Source: an uncultured Chloroflexia bacterium
GTDB lineage: Bacteria; Chloroflexota; Limnocylindria; Limnocylindrales; CSP1-4
Length of the DNA: 64,000 nucleotides
Direction of reading: 5' to 3'
Assembly (NCBI GenBank): GCA_963741445.1
Contig: CAVUIE010000008.1
Coordinates: forward strand, 6,857 to 70,856
Made by a program: the position numbers and the translations under genes. Every line of letters starts with the position of its first letter. Position 1 is the stretch's first letter. The notes under the pieces are model-generated. The model had not been told where the DNA came from, did not search any database, and saw only the letters and a list, made by a program, of their open reading frames with translations. Of this stretch, positions 60,694-64,000 are shown in pieces.

Positions 60694-61123
60694 AGCCCGA
60701 TACGGCGGGCCTCCGGGTCGTCGCTGTACAACGTAAAGCCGAGCTCGCCATCGCTCTCACGCTCGAATTCCGAGCACGGCAGTCAGGTCACCGTCCACGA
60801 CGGCCCGCCGTGCGGCGGTCAGGTCGGGGACTCGGGTCACGGTGAAGGCGCCTGGCCCGGCATCTGCGGGCCGGTCGGCGGTCGGCGCGTTCAGCAGGGC
60901 CTCGAGGGCCGCGGCCGGGTCGGTGGTGAGGTCGTTCGCGGCGACCCAGACACCGATCGTCTGCGTCGACGTCCGGTCGGAGGTAGCGGACGATGACGGG
61001 CAGCATCGCGACGGCGACGACGGCGGCGACGAGCAAGGCCGTGCCGAGGATGAAGCTTCGGGTCCTGACCCGGACGAGGTATTCGCGTCGGGCGACGGCG
61101 AAGGCGTTCGAGAGGTCGTTCAT
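60694..61123 (-). pseudogene. 5' fragment (about 145 codons, itself frame-disrupted) of an ABC-2/NatB-like permease
   Basis: ATG 61123 overlaps the ATPase stop (ATGA). The text MNDLSNAFAVARREYLVRVRTRSFILGTALLVAAVVAVAMLPVIVRYL is followed by RTSTQTIGVWVAANDLTTDPAAALEALL...VDGDLTAVLG and then ESDGELGFTLYSDDPEARRIG. The gene stops abruptly at 60694 with no further TM helices. Confidence 0.6.
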
Positions 61124-62062
61124 GTTCGCGCTCCGGGAGCTGCCAGCGTCTCCTCCTCGCGGTCGAGCGCGCCGACACGCTCGACGAAGACCTCCTCGAG
61201 GGATGGATCGGCTACTTCGAACCGGAGGACGTCGCCGCCGTGAGCGACGGCCGCGCGCAGGACCTCCTGCGGGTCGCCGCCGCTCTCCACGCGCAGCTCC
61301 GTGTAGTCCTCGCCGGGCCGGGTCACGACGACGTGGGGAAGGGACCGCAGCCAGCGGCCATCCCCGTCTCGACTCGTCGCGAGCCGGACGGTCTGGCGTC
61401 CCGTGGATCGCTTGACCTCGCGGGTTGGCCCGGCGGCGACGATCCGCCCGTGGTCGATGATCGCGACGGACTCGCACAGCTCCTCGGCCATCTCGAGCTG
61501 GTGGGTGCTGAAGATCGAGGGTCTTGCCCCGATCGCGCAGCTCCAGGAAGGCGGCCTTCAGGAGCGCGACGTTGACCGGGTCCAGCCCGACGAACGGCTC
61601 GTCCATGAAGATGACGTCCGGGTCGTGCAGGACGGTGGCGATGAACTGGACCTTCTGCTGATTGCCCTTCGACAGGCTCTCGGCCCGCCGGTCGGCGTAG
61701 TCCTGGATCCGGAACCGCGCCAGCCAGTCGAGCGCTGACGTCCGGGCCGTGGCGCGGGACACGCCGTACAGCGAGGCATAGAAGATGAGCTGCTCGAGGA
61801 CCGGCATCCGGAGATACAGCCCCCGCTCCTCCGGCATGTAGCCCCAGGTTCGCCGGGGCCACGCCCGCGCCTCGCGCTCGAGCCAGGTGACGCTGCCCTC
61901 ATCGGCATGCAGGAAGCCGAGCGCGATCCGCATCGTGGTCGTCTTGCCGGCGCCGTTCGCGCCGAGGAAGCCGAAGACCTCGCCCGGGGAGACGGCGAAT
62001 GTCACGCCATCGAGTGCCTGGACCTCGCCGAAGCGCTTGCGCAAGCCGTCGACGCTGAGCAT
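61120..62062 (-). CDS. ABC transporter ATP-binding protein (NatA/ABC-2 type, with C-terminal accessory domain), one +1 insertion near 61515
   Basis: Starts at ATG 62062 (MLSVDGLRKRFG). Walker A is GANGAGKTT, the signature is LSKGNQQK and Walker B is VIFMDEPFVGLD. After GKTL the frame shifts to (IFSTHQLE)MAEELCESVAIIDHGRIVAAG...DPSLEEVFVERVG. Confidence 0.85.
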
Positions 62063-62273
62063 GACGGGATGGTGTCGCCGCTCCCCGGTCGCCCGCAAGG
62101 TCCGAACGACCCGATCCGACGGGGCCGGCAGGACCGTCGCGCCGGCCGGTCCCGTCCGTCTCCCCCGCCGAGGAAGCGAGCGGACCGCCGTCGGCCGAAC
62201 GGCCCTCGGGATCGCGCCATTCGGCACTCACCCGGCCGCGGCCGCCAGCCTACGGTTCGACCGGAGGTAGTCG

Positions 62274-62546
62274 ATGACGGTCGCCACCCATCCGTCCCGA
62301 TCCGGGATGCGCGCGCTCGAGGCGTTCGAGCCGCTGGCCATCGCCGTGGATCGGTGCAAAGGCTGCGGGCTGTGTGTGGCGGTCTGCCCGAAGGGCGTCC
62401 TCGAGCTGGACTCGTCGCTCGTGAACGAGCTGGGCTACCACCCCGTCCGCTTGACCGACGCCGCCGCATGCACGAGCTGCGCGCTGTGTGCCCGGATCTG
62501 TCCCGACGCGGTGTTCGCCGTCTATTCCCGACCCAGGACGAGCTGA
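62274..62546 (+). CDS. 4Fe-4S ferredoxin-type delta subunit of a 2-oxoacid:ferredoxin oxidoreductase
   Basis: Intact 90-aa ORF with two cluster motifs, [12 protein letters not shown] and [12 protein letters not shown]. Confidence 0.8.
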   Translation: MTVATHPSRSGMRALEAFEPLAIAVDRCKGCGLCVAVCPKGVLELDSSLVNELGYHPVRLTDAAACTSCALCARICPDAVFAVYSRPRTS

Positions 62547-62547
62547 C

Positions 62548-63774
62548 GTGCCCACCATGGTCGACGCCCAGGTCGCCGGTCCCGTCGGTGACGTGGTGCG
62601 TCCGATCCTCATGAAGGGCAATGAGGCGATCGCCGAAGCGGCGATCCAGACCGGCTGCGACGCGTACTTCGGCTACCCAATCACCCCCCAGGCCGAGCTC
62701 CTCGAGTGGATGGCGCGCCGGATGCCTGAGCTCGGGCGAGTCTTCGTCCAGGCGGAGAGCGAGCTCGGTGCGATCAACATGGCCCTCGGTGCGGCGGCGA
62801 CCGGCGCCCGCGTCCTCGTCTCTTCCTCGAGCCCGGGCATCAGCCTGATGGCCGAAGGGATGAGCTACCTGGCCGGCTCCGAGCTGCCGATGGTCCTCGT
62901 CAACGTGATGCGCGGCGGACCGGGGCTGGGCAGCATCGGGCCGTCGCAGTCCGACTACTTCCAGGCGACCAAGGGCCACGGCCACGGCGACTACCGCGTG
63001 CCGGTGCTCGCACCGTCCTCGATCGCCGAGGCCGTCGAGCTGACCGCGGATGCGTTCGAGATCGCGGAACGTTACCGGACGCCGGTTCTCATCCTCGCCG
63101 ACGGCGTCATGGGCCAGGCGATGGAGCCGGTCCTGCCGGTCTATCGGATGCCGGCTCGCGAACCGGCCGGCTGGGAGCTGACCGGGGCCGACGGCCGCCC
63201 GCCGCGCGTCGTTCGCTCGCTCCATCTCCGAAGCGAGGACCTCGAGTCGCACAACCAGCACCTGCAGTCGAAGTTCGGCGCGATCGCCGATCGCGAGGTC
63301 CGCTGGGCCGGCGAGCTCCTCGAGGACGCCGAGATCGTCGTCGTCGCCTACGGCACGGCGGCGCGCGTCGCGCGAACCGCGATCGAGCGGGCGCGCGAGG
63401 GGGGCCTGCGCGCCGGTCTGTTCCGGCCGATCAGCCTCTGGCCGTTCCCGTCGAGCGCGCTGGCCGGCGTCGCCGCCGGTGTGCGCGCCATCGTCGTCGT
63501 CGAGATGTCGGCCGGGCAGATGGTCGAGGATGTGCGCCTGGCCGTCGAGGGGCGCAGCCCGGTCCTCTTCCACGGCCGGACGGGCGGCATGGTCCCGACG
63601 CCGCGCGAGGTCACAGATGTCCTGCGCCGGGCCTGGGCGCTGACGCCGTCGATGGGACCGTCGTCCATCCGGGACGAGAACGAAGCCGATGAGGAAGCAG
63701 ACCCGCTCAGCCTGATCGAGCTCGGCGCCTGGGAGGCTGCCCGGCACGGCACGAACCTTGGGAAGGCCGGGTGA
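62548..63774 (+). CDS. 2-oxoacid:ferredoxin oxidoreductase, alpha subunit (KorA/PorA-like)
   Basis: Intact. Starts at GTG 62548 or ATG 62557. Carries [59 protein letters not shown] and [20 protein letters not shown]. Confidence 0.88.
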   Translation: MPTMVDAQVAGPVGDVVRPILMKGNEAIAEAAIQTGCDAYFGYPITPQAELLEWMARRMPELGRVFVQAESELGAINMALGAAATGARVLVSSSSPGISLMAEGMSYLAGSELPMVLVNVMRGGPGLGSIGPSQSDYFQATKGHGHGDYRVPVLAPSSIAEAVELTADAFEIAERYRTPVLILADGVMGQAMEPVLPVYRMPAREPAGWELTGADGRPPRVVRSLHLRSEDLESHNQHLQSKFGAIADREVRWAGELLEDAEIVVVAYGTAARVARTAIERAREGGLRAGLFRPISLWPFPSSALAGVAAGVRAIVVVEMSAGQMVEDVRLAVEGRSPVLFHGRTGGMVPTPREVTDVLRRAWALTPSMGPSSIRDENEADEEADPLSLIELGAWEAARHGTNLGKAG

Positions 63775-63799
63775 CGCCGTGGTGATCCAGACCGCCGAC

Positions 63800-64000
63800 A
63801 TGAGACGCGTCGTCTATCTACGACCCGGGCCCGCTGGCCGACGTGTCCACCCACTACTGCCCCGGCTGCGGCCACGGCATCGTCCACCGCCTCGTCGCCG
63901 AGCTGCTCGACGAGATGCACCTCGGACCCACGACGATCGCGGTCGCCTCGGTCGGGTGCAGCGTCTTCGCCTACGACTACCTGGCGGTCGACTTCGTCGA
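63800..64000 (+). CDS. 2-oxoacid:ferredoxin oxidoreductase, beta (TPP-binding) subunit, 5' part (runs off the window; +1 insertion near 63824-63832)
   Basis: MRRVVYLRPGP is followed, after an extra C in the GGGCCC run, by LADVSTHYCPGCGHGIVHRLVAELLDEMHLGPTTIAVASVGCSVFAYDYLAVDFV. Confidence 0.75.
   Translation, partial: MRRVVYLRPGPAGRRVHPLLPRLRPRHRPPPRRRAARRDAPRTHDDRGRLGRVQRLRLRLPGGRLRR

Noticed and set aside
60355-60700. Cluster of restriction sites at the fragment junctions, suggesting a cloning scar: NotI GCGGCCGC overlapping NheI GCTAGC at about 60375-60387, XhoI CTCGAG a few bases later, and PstI CTGCAG at 60688-60693.
   Set aside because: At this GC content 6-8-bp GC-rich palindromes are expected every few hundred to few thousand bases. 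CTGCAG and CTCGAG occur many times elsewhere in the window. No vector-like sequence is present.
58137-61200. Integrative element inserted at tRNA-Gln.
   Set aside because: There is no integrase or recombinase gene, no phage or conjugation genes, and no direct repeat of the tRNA 3' end in the downstream 6 kb. Only a trivial 7-nt match was found.
1-64000. Programmed ribosomal frameshifting or transcriptional slippage as the cause of the frame changes.
   Set aside because: There are dozens of events in unrelated genes, of both signs. They lack slippery heptamers or downstream structures and often sit in short G/C runs. The pattern fits indel errors or recent mutations, not recoding.

Overview
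Very GC-rich (about 70% or more by eye) bacterial chromosomal segment. The gene content fits an Actinomycetota-like organism, with Chloroflexota not excluded: F420-type LLM and DDN enzymes, maltokinase, an LCP enzyme, an ECF sigma with a zf-HC2 anti-sigma, and Pro/Thr-rich linkers. I count about 50 genes.

Core content:
- Lipoate-dependent 2-oxoacid dehydrogenase genes, split into lpd-E1alpha-E1beta (17.5-21.0 kb) and E2-SDR-lipA (7.2-10.6 kb).
- add, plsY, glpD, nnrE, and a 2-oxoacid:ferredoxin oxidoreductase operon (62.3-64 kb).
- tRNA-Gln(CUG).
- A textbook TPP riboswitch in front of a ThiY/ThiX-like uptake pair.

Accessory content that deserves attention:
1. An intact opposite-strand cyclic-nucleotide module wedged between E1beta and E2. 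It consists of a TLC-like transporter-HEAT-cNMP-binding protein plus a class III cyclase-STAND-TPR protein.
2. An ECF sigma factor whose zf-HC2 anti-sigma partner is fused to a roughly 1,600-aa alpha-2-macroglobulin-like ectodomain, next to cell-wall enzymes (M15B peptidase, LCP).
3. A roughly 10.5-kb gene for a giant S8-protease-headed surface protein made of two families of near-identical tandem repeats.
4. A small mosaic of three truncated gene pieces at 60.2-61.1 kb.

Major caveat: about half of the genes are interrupted by single-nucleotide indels that occur in patches. For those genes the coordinates are hand reconstructions across reading frames, not single ORFs.

I saw no CRISPR array, rRNA, transposase or integrase. 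All family assignments come from reading motifs by eye; no searches were run.
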